Assembly (NCBI GenBank): GCA_045645805.1
Contig: JAZRJL010000013.1
Span: 4,582-68,581, forward strand
DNA from: Clostridia bacterium
GTDB taxonomy: Bacteria > Bacillota > Clostridia > Monoglobales > Monoglobaceae
Length of the DNA: 64,000 bases
Reading direction: 5' to 3'
This document shows, piece after piece, positions 56,209 to 64,000 of this stretch. The notes below the pieces were generated by a model. The model was not told the origin of the DNA and searched no databases. It was given only the letters and a program-made list of their open reading frames with translations. The translations under genes and the position numbers were made by a program. Every line of letters starts with the position of its first letter. Position 1 is the first letter of the stretch.

Positions 56209-57129
56209 TTATGTTGATATTGTTTTTCTATATTGCAAAGGGGTACATCCTACATATTTGCGAAAATGAGTACCAAAGTGGCTTGGACTGCAAAAACCTG
56301 TCATTTCAGATATGTCCACAATTCTTAAAGTTTGATTTTCTAAAAGAATAAGTGCCTGATGTATTCTGTACTGTATAAGAAACTCGTTTGGTGTGGTGTC
56401 AAGTATACAACGAAAACATTTGCACAATTCACTTCGACTTGTCAATGCAGCCTTGGCTATTGAATCTAAAGAAATGTTTTTATCAAAATTTTCCTTTATA
56501 AATTGCAAGACTTTTTTTGTTCGTTCTTCATCTTTCTTTTTTGAAGCATATAATGTTGTTTTTGCATTGTATAATGATGTATTGTCTGCGTATTCGCAAA
56601 GCATAAGCCATATTTTTGATAGCTGATTATATATCCTCAATTCGTAAAAACAAAACTTTTCATTTACAATGTTTATTATCCTCAATAACGAAGATTGCAT
56701 TTGATTATTTATGGGATTATCTGTATTAAAATAAGCATATTTCAAATGAGAATCGATAATAAATTCTATACAATTTTTATATAAATCATTATCAATACCG
56801 CCTGTTAATATATCGGGACGCCACAAAAATGAATATAGCTTACCGAAATGTTTTTTGTCGGGTTTGATTTGATGAAGAATGCGGCTGTTAATAAATATTA
56901 TATCGCCCGGGTGCATTGATATTTTTTCGTTTTCAATCTGGCAAGTAAACTCACCCTCTTTAATAAAGGTTATTTGCACTTCATCGTGCCAATGCCAACA
57001 AATATATCCGTTTTGGAAATCAGAAAAATCATCAAGATAAACGGCGAAGGGGAACTCTGCTGTTCCGTGGTTAGTTGTTTCCTTTAGCGACTTATCTACA
57101 ATGGTTATGTTACTTGTAATCTGTTCCAT
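56209..57129 (-). CDS. AraC-family transcriptional regulator (cupin plus HTH)
   Basis: The C-terminal HTH is IVDISEMTGFCSPSHFGTHFRKYVGCTPLQY. Composition is AT-rich. It is divergent from the MATE gene. Confidence 0.85.
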   Translation of the reverse strand: MEQITSNITIVDKSLKETTNHGTAEFPFAVYLDDFSDFQNGYICWHWHDEVQITFIKEGEFTCQIENEKISMHPGDIIFINSRILHQIKPDKKHFGKLYSFLWRPDILTGGIDNDLYKNCIEFIIDSHLKYAYFNTDNPINNQMQSSLLRIINIVNEKFCFYELRIYNQLSKIWLMLCEYADNTSLYNAKTTLYASKKKDEERTKKVLQFIKENFDKNISLDSIAKAALTSRSELCKCFRCILDTTPNEFLIQYRIHQALILLENQTLRIVDISEMTGFCSPSHFGTHFRKYVGCTPLQYRKTIST

Positions 57130-57259
57130 TTGTGCCTCCTGCGCTTTGATACGATTATGATATTTTTATATACTAAAATGTTTGATTTTAAAAAATAAAT
57201 ACAATATAATTATACTTGATAATAATAAAACTGTCAATAAAAAGCAAGGAGATAATGAG

Positions 57260-58618
57260 ATGAAACAAAATATAAATATGCTTGAGGGTTCGTTGTTAAA
57301 AAATATTTTTCTATATACAATTCCAATTATACTGACAAGTGTATTACAACTTTTATTCAATGCAGCCGACCTTGCTGTTGTTGGTAGATATTGCGGAGAA
57401 ATTTCGGTAGCAGCCGTTGGAAATGCAACTATTATAACCTTTTTTATTGTAAATCTTTTTGTTGGATTTTCTATAGGTTCGGGTGTTATAACAGCACAGG
57501 CGATAGGTGCAAAAGATGAAAAAGCACTTCATAAAATTGTACATACTTCTATGCCTGTATCAGTAATCTGCGGAATTGTAGTTACTTTTGTTGGGGTAGT
57601 CTTTTCTAAAAAGTTGTTATTGTTGATGAACACCCCAGAAAGTGTATTGTACTTATCTGACATCTATGTTAAAGTTTACTTTTCTGGAGCAATCTTTATG
57701 CTCATATACAATTTTGGAGCATCCATTTTAAGAGCTGCCGGAGATACAAAAACACCTTTAATTTTTCTTGTTATTTCGGGGGTATTAAATGTAATACTCA
57801 ATATTATTTTTGTAACACAGTTTAATTTGAATGTTTTAGGGGTTGCGTTGGCAACCACTATATCTCAAGCGGTGTCTGCTATTCTCGTTGTTCTTTTACT
57901 TATACGCAGGACAGATGGATGCAGATTGATTTTATCCAAAATGAAGATATATAAATCACAGGTATTGGGTATTATCAGAATAGGTTTACCGGCAGGATTA
58001 CAAAACGCTTTGTTTTCTATATCAAATATAGTTATTCAATCATCTGTTAACGCATTTGGTGATGTGCTTATGGCAGGTAATGCAACAGCAGGAAATGTTG
58101 AGGGTTTTATATATGTTGCTCTTAATAGTTTTATGCAAACATCACTTAATTTTGTGGGACAGAATGTTGGTGCAAAACAATATAAGCGCGTAAAAAATGT
58201 TTTTACATTATGTATTATGAGTGTTTTTGCTGTTGGTATAGTTTTAACAACACTAATTAACATATTTGGTACATCTATACTTTCTATTTATATAACTGAT
58301 TCATCGGAAGCAATTCAATATGGTCTAATTCGCTTGCGTTATGTTGGATACGCATATTGCATTGGTGGGATAGTTGATGTAATCAGCGGTGCGTTGAGGG
58401 GTATGGGAACATCTGTTTTACCTATGCTTATATCAGTATTTGGAGTATGCGGTGTTCGTATAATGTGGATATATACAATTTTTCAAATACCGAGGTATCA
58501 CACACCTCAATGCCTGTATAGCTCATATGGAATATCGTATATAATAACATTTGTTGTAATGGTTATTTCATTTATATTTGTTTTTAGAAAAAAATCCAGA
58601 ATAGATAGTTCTGTTTAA
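57260..58618 (+). CDS. MATE-family efflux transporter
   Basis: ATG 57260 follows AAGGAG. The N-terminus LKNIFLYTIPIILTSVLQLLFNAADLAVVGR is typical of MATE/NorM. It has 12 TM helices. Confidence 0.88.
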   Translation: MKQNINMLEGSLLKNIFLYTIPIILTSVLQLLFNAADLAVVGRYCGEISVAAVGNATIITFFIVNLFVGFSIGSGVITAQAIGAKDEKALHKIVHTSMPVSVICGIVVTFVGVVFSKKLLLLMNTPESVLYLSDIYVKVYFSGAIFMLIYNFGASILRAAGDTKTPLIFLVISGVLNVILNIIFVTQFNLNVLGVALATTISQAVSAILVVLLLIRRTDGCRLILSKMKIYKSQVLGIIRIGLPAGLQNALFSISNIVIQSSVNAFGDVLMAGNATAGNVEGFIYVALNSFMQTSLNFVGQNVGAKQYKRVKNVFTLCIMSVFAVGIVLTTLINIFGTSILSIYITDSSEAIQYGLIRLRYVGYAYCIGGIVDVISGALRGMGTSVLPMLISVFGVCGVRIMWIYTIFQIPRYHTPQCLYSSYGISYIITFVVMVISFIFVFRKKSRIDSSV

Positions 58619-58814
58619 TGTTAAAAATGTGTTTGTGGAACGATAGAAGCCTATTTTAGGGGTTGAGAATATAAAACCCTTACCTTGCGAGTTTTAGCCT
58701 TTGAAAACCGCATAAAATGGGCATTTTTAGACCTCTATTGCGTGACATTTTGATAGGGTTACATACTGATTTGTTTCCATCATAAAATTTAATGTGCTAT
58801 TTTCGGCAAAGCAC

Positions 58815-58843
58815 TTGAAATATTTGCTCGTTTATGGTATCAT
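58815..58843 (+). promoter_or_regulatory. Candidate sigma-A promoter with extended -10 in an ORF-free region
   Basis: TTGAAA (58815-58820), 17 nt, TGGTATCAT (TATCAT at 58838-58843). Confidence 0.45.
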
Positions 58844-58961
58844 ATTAAATGTCAAGAGGAAATATATGTGATACTTGGCGTGATACTATTTTGATACTAA
58901 AAAATTAAACAAAGCAAAAGAATATGGAGATTTGAGAGAAAAAATTTGAATATTTCCATAA

Positions 58962-58987
58962 AATACTAAACAAATTTGTTTAGTATT
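58962..58987. repeat. Perfect 26-bp palindrome
   Basis: AATACTAAACAAA/TTTGTTTAGTATT with no spacer. Confidence 0.8.
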
Positions 58988-59029
58988 AGAAAAACTTTGC
59001 CGAGTGGTAATAAACATAGTTAGAAATCA

Positions 59030-59072
59030 AACACCGCCAAGGATATTTGTCTTTGACGGTGTTTTGTGTTTT
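59030..59072 (+). terminator. Rho-independent terminator of the ORF-free unit
   Basis: AACACCGCCAAGG-8 nt-CTTTGACGGTGTT (one mismatch, one G-U pair) followed by TTGTGTTTT. Confidence 0.6.
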
Positions 59073-59161
59073 AAAGAAGCAAAAATGAATAATTATACCA
59101 TATTGACGTAAGAATATGTAATAAGTAGAGCTTTTTTAAATAAAAAACAGAATATTTTCTA

Positions 59162-59190
59162 TTGACATCATAAAAATAATATGATAAAAT
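59162..59190 (+). promoter_or_regulatory. Sigma-A promoter of the aspS T-box leader
   Basis: TTGACA (59162-59167), 17 nt, TGATAAAAT (TAAAAT at 59185-59190). Confidence 0.65.
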
Positions 59191-59196
59191 TATTTT

Positions 59197-59448
59197 GCTA
59201 TGATGGAGAGAGTACCAAAGGAGCATCATTTAAAGAGAGCCGTCGTCGGTGGAAATGCGGCATTGATACCTTTCGGGAAAAACACTCCGGAGCCTGCGGA
59301 AGAACGCCGAGTATTGTATTGGTTATTAGAACCGCACGTTCATCGCGAAAAGATGTAATTGAGAGGGTTGATTTTTCAGCCAATTTGGGTGGTATCGCGG
59401 AAGATAACATTTCGTCCCAAGCGTTGGGGCGGAATGTTTTTTGTTTTT
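59197..59448 (+). promoter_or_regulatory. T-box riboswitch leader, specifier AAC (Asn)
   Basis: Stem I elements are the GA motif ATGATGG, S-turn AGAGTA, AG bay AAGAGAG and distal loop GGTGGAAA. The specifier loop reads GAAAAACA, with AAC at 59281-59283 followed by A. The T-box sequence AATTTGGGTGGTATCGCGG lies at 59382-59400. A 16-bp terminator stem (59407-59437) is followed by a T-run. Confidence 0.85.
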
Positions 59449-59518
59449 CCTGGGGAAAACCGCTCTTAATAAAAACTGTAAATTACAAAAATCATATTTT
59501 ATACGGAGGAATGATTTT

Positions 59519-61294
59519 ATGTTAAGAACACATACTTGTAACGAATTGAGCACCCAGCATATCGGTCAGAAAGTAGTTTTGACCGGTTGGATGGATACTG
59601 TAAGAGACCACGGCGGCGTACTTTTTGTTGACCTTCGTGACCATTACGGCATAACTCAGGTTGTATTTTCAGACGATAGCATGATTGCCGGAATGTCAAA
59701 GGAAACTGTTGTTCTTGTTGAGGGTACTGTTACTAAAAGAGATGACGAAACAGTCAACAACAAAATTGCAACAGGTTTTATTGAAGTCCGTGCCGAAAAG
59801 ATTGAAGTACTTGGCCCATGCCAGAATACTCTTCCCTTTGAAATTGATGCATCAACCCAGACAAGAGAAGAAGTAAGACTTAAATACAGATATCTTGACT
59901 TAAGAAATCCCGAGATTCACAATAATATTGTATTGCGTTCAAAAATTCTCAGCTACCTTCGTCGTCAGATGGAGGAGATGGGCTTTATGGAAATCCAGAC
60001 ACCTATCCTCACAGCTTCATCACCCGAGGGGGCACGTGACTATCTTGTGCCAAGCCGCAAGCATAAGGGAAGCTTCTATGCTCTTCCTCAGGCACCGCAG
60101 CAGTTTAAGCAGCTTCTTATGGCATCGGGTTTTGACAGATACTTCCAGATAGCACCCTGCTTCCGTGACGAGGATGCTCGTCAGGACCGTTCACCCGGTG
60201 AATTTTATCAGCTTGACTTTGAAATGGCTTTTGCAACACAGGAGGATGTTTTCGAGGTTGCAGAAACCGTTGTTTACAACACATTCAAGGAATTTTCGGA
60301 TAAAGAGGTTTCAAAGCCGCCGTTCCGCCGCATTACCTATGCGGATGCAATGCTTAAGTACGGAACAGATAAGCCTGACCTCCGCAATCCCCTTATTATT
60401 CACGACCTGACAGACTTCTTTGCAAAACACGAATTCTTAAACATAAACGGCAGAACTGTGCCCTTTAAGAATAAGCTTGTTCGCGGTATTGTTGCAGATT
60501 ACCTTGTTAAAAAGGATGGCAGCGGTGACGGTAAAAAGGCATTTGAAAAAGCTATTGATGCATATTCAAGAAGTATAGGTATGAAGTTTGGTATCGGTTA
60601 TATCACTCTTGAAGATGGCGAGTACAAAGGCCCCATTGCCAAGTTCCTTACAGATGAGCAGAAGGCAGAGCTTACAAGTCTTGTAGGAATTAAAGAGGGT
60701 GAATCATTGTTCTTTATCAGTGACAGTGCTTCTGTTATCGACAAGCTTTCGGGCGAAATGAGAACATGGATAGGCAACGAGCTGGGACTTATCAAGGACG
60801 ATTCCTTTGAGTTCTGCTTCATTGTTGACTTCCCGATGTATGAGCTTAACGAAGAAACAAACAAGATTGACTTTACACACAACCCGTTCTCAATGCCTCA
60901 GGGCGGGATGGACGCACTCCTTAACAAAGACCCGCTTGAAATCTTTGCATATCAGTATGATATCGTATGTAACGGTGTTGAGCTTTCGTCAGGTGCTGTT
61001 CGCAACCATAACACCGAGATTATGAGAAAGGCATTTGAAATCGCAGGCTATGGCGAGGAAGACCTCAAGGCAAAATTCGGTGCACTTTACACCGCATTTG
61101 CATTCGGTGCTCCGCCCCACGCAGGTATGGCACCCGGTGTTGACCGTATGATTATGCTTATCGCAGGCGAAGAGACAATCCGTGACGTAATTGCATTCCC
61201 CTTGAACGGAAATGCTCAGGACCTTATGATGGGTGCACCAGGTGGCGTTACTGAGCAGCAGCTGCGTGAGGTTCATATTAAGGTCAGAGACTAA
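59519..61294 (+). CDS. aspS: Aspartate--tRNA ligase (bacterial type; possibly non-discriminating)
   Basis: ATG 59519 follows GGAGG (59505-59509). GGVLFVDLRDHYG is the OB fold. Class II motifs FRDEDARQDRSPEF-like and GLDR-like (GVDRMIML) are present. 591 aa. Confidence 0.93.
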   Translation: MLRTHTCNELSTQHIGQKVVLTGWMDTVRDHGGVLFVDLRDHYGITQVVFSDDSMIAGMSKETVVLVEGTVTKRDDETVNNKIATGFIEVRAEKIEVLGPCQNTLPFEIDASTQTREEVRLKYRYLDLRNPEIHNNIVLRSKILSYLRRQMEEMGFMEIQTPILTASSPEGARDYLVPSRKHKGSFYALPQAPQQFKQLLMASGFDRYFQIAPCFRDEDARQDRSPGEFYQLDFEMAFATQEDVFEVAETVVYNTFKEFSDKEVSKPPFRRITYADAMLKYGTDKPDLRNPLIIHDLTDFFAKHEFLNINGRTVPFKNKLVRGIVADYLVKKDGSGDGKKAFEKAIDAYSRSIGMKFGIGYITLEDGEYKGPIAKFLTDEQKAELTSLVGIKEGESLFFISDSASVIDKLSGEMRTWIGNELGLIKDDSFEFCFIVDFPMYELNEETNKIDFTHNPFSMPQGGMDALLNKDPLEIFAYQYDIVCNGVELSSGAVRNHNTEIMRKAFEIAGYGEEDLKAKFGALYTAFAFGAPPHAGMAPGVDRMIMLIAGEETIRDVIAFPLNGNAQDLMMGAPGGVTEQQLREVHIKVRD

Positions 61295-61330
61295 TCATTT
61301 TCGCTGAAAAAGGCAGGGAGGTTAATTTTT

Positions 61331-61612
61331 ATGGATAGAGAAATACTCAGACGACTTGAAATGCTTAACCAGCTTAAACTTACAGAAGAACAAAAAGAAG
61401 ATGTCCTTGGCTTCTTTGAAAAAAGAGAGGGCGAACTTGAAATAATCAATAATATCAATACCGACGAGGTTGAAAGAATGGTGCACGTTATGCCCATTAT
61501 GACAGTTGTGCGTGAGGATGTTGCGTCGCAGCCTTTCACCCGTGAAGAACTCCAAAAGGGTGCACCCGAAACCGACGAGGGTTACTGGTGCGTTCCTCAG
61601 GTGCTTGAATAG
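61331..61612 (+). CDS. gatC: Asp-tRNA(Asn)/Glu-tRNA(Gln) amidotransferase subunit C
   Basis: 93 aa. LKLTEEQKEDV and the NINTDEVERMVHV pattern are present. It precedes gatA/gatB. Confidence 0.85.
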   Translation: MDREILRRLEMLNQLKLTEEQKEDVLGFFEKREGELEIINNINTDEVERMVHVMPIMTVVREDVASQPFTREELQKGAPETDEGYWCVPQVLE

Positions 61613-61632
61613 GAATGTCGGGAGGTTTTAGA

Positions 61633-62835
61633 ATGAAATTATATACAGTTAAAAAAGAAACTTCGTCTGCACGCACAATTGTTGCAGATGATATGATACT
61701 GACAAAGGATATGCCCACCTCGGCAGGCTCGAAAATGCTTGCAGGATATGAAAGCCTTTTTGAGGCAGAAGTTCTTACACGCCTTAAAAATGCCGGATTT
61801 GAGCTTAGCGGCAAGGCTGCTGTGGGTGAGTTTGCAATTGACTTACTTGGTGAAACCGCATTTGAGGGCGGCTGTGTCGCCGACGGAATGCTTAAAAATG
61901 CTTCTGCTGAAATAATCAAGGCAGGCGAAGCGATGGCTGCAATCTGCCTTGATGTAAACGGCTCACCTCGCCGTGCAGCAGCACAAAACGGTCTTGTCAG
62001 CATAAAGCCTACCTATGGTACAGTTTCACGTTATGGCACAATCCCTGTTGCCTGCTCGGGCGAGACGGTAAGTGTTATGGCAAAAAATGCACAAGACTGC
62101 CGTGAAGTGCTTGATGTAATTTCAGGCCACGATGACAAAGACGGCACAAGTCTTTCAGAAGAACTTTGTTTAAGCCTTAAAAAAGATGCAGCTTTTGCAC
62201 CTGTAAAAAAGGTTGCAGTTTTGACATCAATGCTTGAAAATACAGATGATGAAGTGAAATCAAATATTGATGCATTTGTTACTGTACTTGAAAAGTGCGG
62301 TGTTGAGGCTTGCAGGGTTGAAAATTCAACCATTGCAGCATCAAAGGTTGCATGGAATATTCTTATGAGTGCCGAGCTTTGCAACAATGTTTCACGTTAT
62401 GACGGTGTTAAGTATGGCTATCGCAGCCAGGAATTTTCCGGTATTGATGAGCTTTACACCAACAGCCGTACCGAAGCCTTTGGAGAGCTTTTGAAAACTG
62501 CAATTCTTTTTGGGTCTGAGACCCTTTCAACCGATAACTATATGAAGGTTTACGACAAGGCGCTTCGTACACGAAGAGTTATTGCAGAAGAATTTGCAAA
62601 GCTTTTTGAAGAATACGATGCTGTTTTAATGCCTGCTTGTTCGGCTATGGAATACACCGAGGCTCAGGTTAAGGAAAATAAGTATATTTCCTATGAAGAA
62701 AACTTTTACACAGCCCCCGCATCAATCACCGGTCTTCCGGCTGTATGTGTAATGGGTGTACAGCTTGTAGGCAAGGCGTTTTCAGAAAGCGCTCTGCTGA
62801 ATCTTGCTGAAATATGTGAAAAGGAGGGCAAATGA
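61633..62835 (+). CDS. gatA: Amidase-family GatA-like subunit, short and divergent
   Basis: ATG 61633 lies 7 nt after GGGAGG. Conserved blocks are GSKML, IKPTYGTVSRYG, SRYDGVKYGYR and ITGLPAV. The Gly/Ser-rich amidase signature is degenerate. Confidence 0.7.
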   Translation: MKLYTVKKETSSARTIVADDMILTKDMPTSAGSKMLAGYESLFEAEVLTRLKNAGFELSGKAAVGEFAIDLLGETAFEGGCVADGMLKNASAEIIKAGEAMAAICLDVNGSPRRAAAQNGLVSIKPTYGTVSRYGTIPVACSGETVSVMAKNAQDCREVLDVISGHDDKDGTSLSEELCLSLKKDAAFAPVKKVAVLTSMLENTDDEVKSNIDAFVTVLEKCGVEACRVENSTIAASKVAWNILMSAELCNNVSRYDGVKYGYRSQEFSGIDELYTNSRTEAFGELLKTAILFGSETLSTDNYMKVYDKALRTRRVIAEEFAKLFEEYDAVLMPACSAMEYTEAQVKENKYISYEENFYTAPASITGLPAVCVMGVQLVGKAFSESALLNLAEICEKEGK

Positions 62836-62837
62836 TT

Positions 62838-64000
62838 ATGAAATATGAAACAGTCATTGGACTTGAGGTTCATGTTGAGCTTGCAACAAATTCAAAGATT
62901 TTCTGCAGCTGCTCGGCACATTCATACGGTGCTGACCCCAACTCACACGTTTGTCCTGCTTGCTGTGGTATGCCCGGTATGCTTCCGGTTGTAAACAAAA
63001 GAGTGGTTGACTTTGGTATGAAAGCCGGAATGATGCTTAACTGCCATATAAACCGCACTACAACCTTTGATAAAAAGAGCTATTACTATCCCGACCTTCC
63101 CGCGGCTTATCAGACCACACAGTGGTTTGCACCGGTTGCGGTAAACGGCACAGTTGAAATTGAAACCTCAAAGGGTAAAAAGAGCGTGCGTATAAAGCAA
63201 ATTCATATGGAAGAGGATGCAGGCAAGCTTGTTCACGATTTGCGTGAGGATACGACCCACGTTGATTTCAACCGTACAAGTGTTCCTCTTATTGAAATCG
63301 TAAGTCAGCCTGACCTTTCCAGTGCTGAGGAGGTTGAAGCATACCTTGACAGGCTTAAGAACCTTCTCCGCTATGCCAAGGTTGCCGAATGTGAAATGGC
63401 ACACGGCACAATGCGTTGCGACGTTAACCTTTCGGTCCGTCCTGAGGGCAGCGACAAGATGGGTGTTCGTACCGAAATGAAGAATATGAACTCAATCGAA
63501 GCGATTAAGCGTGCAATTGAGTATGAAACAGCAAGACATATCGACGCAATCGAAAATGGTACCGAGGAATTAAGACAGGAAACAAGACGATGGGACGACA
63601 TAAAGGGTAAAAGCTATTCAATGCGTACTAAGGAAACAGCAGGTGATTACCGCTACTTCCCTGACCCCAACGTTATGCCAGTTGTAATTGATGATGAATG
63701 GTTTGACGGCATAAAAGCATCACTCCCCGAATTCCCCGAGGTAAAACTTAATCGGTATATGGAAGAATTGGGTCTCAGTGATTACGATGCTGAACGTCTT
63801 ACACAAAGTATTGCACTTTGTGAATGCTTTGAGGATGCATATTTAGTGTGCAAAAATGCAAAAGATGCTGCAAACTGGATGATTTCAGAGGTTATGCGTG
63901 TTCTTAATGCAAAACAGATGACTTATGATATGCTTGACATAAACGGTAAGGCCTTGGGCGAACTTATACTTCTTGTTTCAGACGGCAAGGTAAATCGTTC
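62838..64000 (+). CDS. gatB: Asp-tRNA(Asn)/Glu-tRNA(Gln) amidotransferase subunit B (3' end beyond the window)
   Basis: It is missing from the ORF track because no stop is reached. The translation MKYETVIGLEVHVELATNSKIFCSC...KQIHMEEDAGK is canonical GatB. AAGGAGGG lies upstream. An alternative in-frame ATG at 62832 overlaps the gatA stop. Confidence 0.9.
   Translation, partial: MKYETVIGLEVHVELATNSKIFCSCSAHSYGADPNSHVCPACCGMPGMLPVVNKRVVDFGMKAGMMLNCHINRTTTFDKKSYYYPDLPAAYQTTQWFAPVAVNGTVEIETSKGKKSVRIKQIHMEEDAGKLVHDLREDTTHVDFNRTSVPLIEIVSQPDLSSAEEVEAYLDRLKNLLRYAKVAECEMAHGTMRCDVNLSVRPEGSDKMGVRTEMKNMNSIEAIKRAIEYETARHIDAIENGTEELRQETRRWDDIKGKSYSMRTKETAGDYRYFPDPNVMPVVIDDEWFDGIKASLPEFPEVKLNRYMEELGLSDYDAERLTQSIALCECFEDAYLVCKNAKDAANWMISEVMRVLNAKQMTYDMLDINGKALGELILLVSDGKVNR

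Noticed and set aside
58690-58735. GTTTTAGCCTTTGAAAACCGCATAAAATGGGC resembles the start of a type II CRISPR repeat or tracrRNA.
   Set aside because: It is a single occurrence, with no repeat array or cas9 in the window. The similarity is limited to GTTTTAG.
58921-58945. Possible attR core. ATATGGAGATTTGAGAG loosely resembles the guaA 3' end AATGGGAGTAGAATTTGAGG (53628-53648).
   Set aside because: The match is short and gapped, requiring a 4-nt indel and mismatches. That is not above what is expected by chance in AT-rich DNA. Comparison with an empty site is needed.
59290-59310. Alternative specifier reading in GCGGAAGAACGCCGAGTA (AAC or CGC).
   Set aside because: This segment lies 3' of the Stem I lower helix (GGAG/CTCC) and fits Stem II with its GAGTA S-turn better. 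The structurally consistent specifier loop is GAAAAACA at 59277-59284. Both readings would give AAC in any case.
59181-59525. 114-aa plus-strand ORF, and the long 59441 start of aspS.
   Set aside because: The ORF coincides with the T-box leader and terminator. aspS clearly starts at ATG 59519, which lies behind GGAGG and downstream of the terminator.

Overview
This is a 64-kb chromosomal segment from a low-GC, strictly anaerobic Firmicute. The class is Clostridia; gene order resembles Oscillospiraceae/Ruminococcaceae-type genomes, but that assignment is inference only. Most of the window is core genome. In order it contains: a GntR-ABC export module; AraC and DtxR/MntR regulators; the yabM-mazG-yabO block; rny-ymdB-pgeF; a family-5 peptide-binding lipoprotein; and dinB. 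Next comes a 9.5-kb hydrogen-metabolism locus, made of a DRTGG/HATPase/HydS-like/FAD-oxidoreductase/DRTGG/PHP regulatory module followed by hydC-HATPase-[2Fe-2S]-hydB-hydA for an electron-bifurcating-type [FeFe]-hydrogenase. This is followed by tRNA-Leu(CAA) and a 15.5-kb dcw cluster running mraZ to ftsZ. That cluster lacks murD, murC, murB and ftsA but contains murA. After it come secG, an N-terminally short RNase R, an SDR, a cell-wall remodelling trio, metA, an OPT transporter with a coupled PqqD-like gene, cysK, a CofE-like ligase and a GATase-less GMP-synthase subunit. An AT-rich island remnant follows, holding a truncated tyrosine integrase, IS256, an AraC regulator and a MATE pump. The window ends with a T-box-controlled aspS-gatCAB operon, with gatB running off the edge. 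No CRISPR array, defence system or secondary-metabolite cluster is recognisable. Five signals are not explained by coding annotation: (1) a repeat-plus-hairpin array, a candidate structured RNA, between tRNA-Leu and mraZ; (2) a 282-nt element closed by a perfect 16-bp inverted repeat in the long leader of the MOP flippase gene; (3) the uncharacterised hydrogenase-linked sensory module with an embedded flavoenzyme; (4) a promoter-to-terminator unit with no convincing ORF upstream of the aspS T-box; (5) an Asn-specifier T-box in front of aspS and a divergent gatA. All coordinates and motifs were read by eye from the sequence. No searches or folding programs were run.
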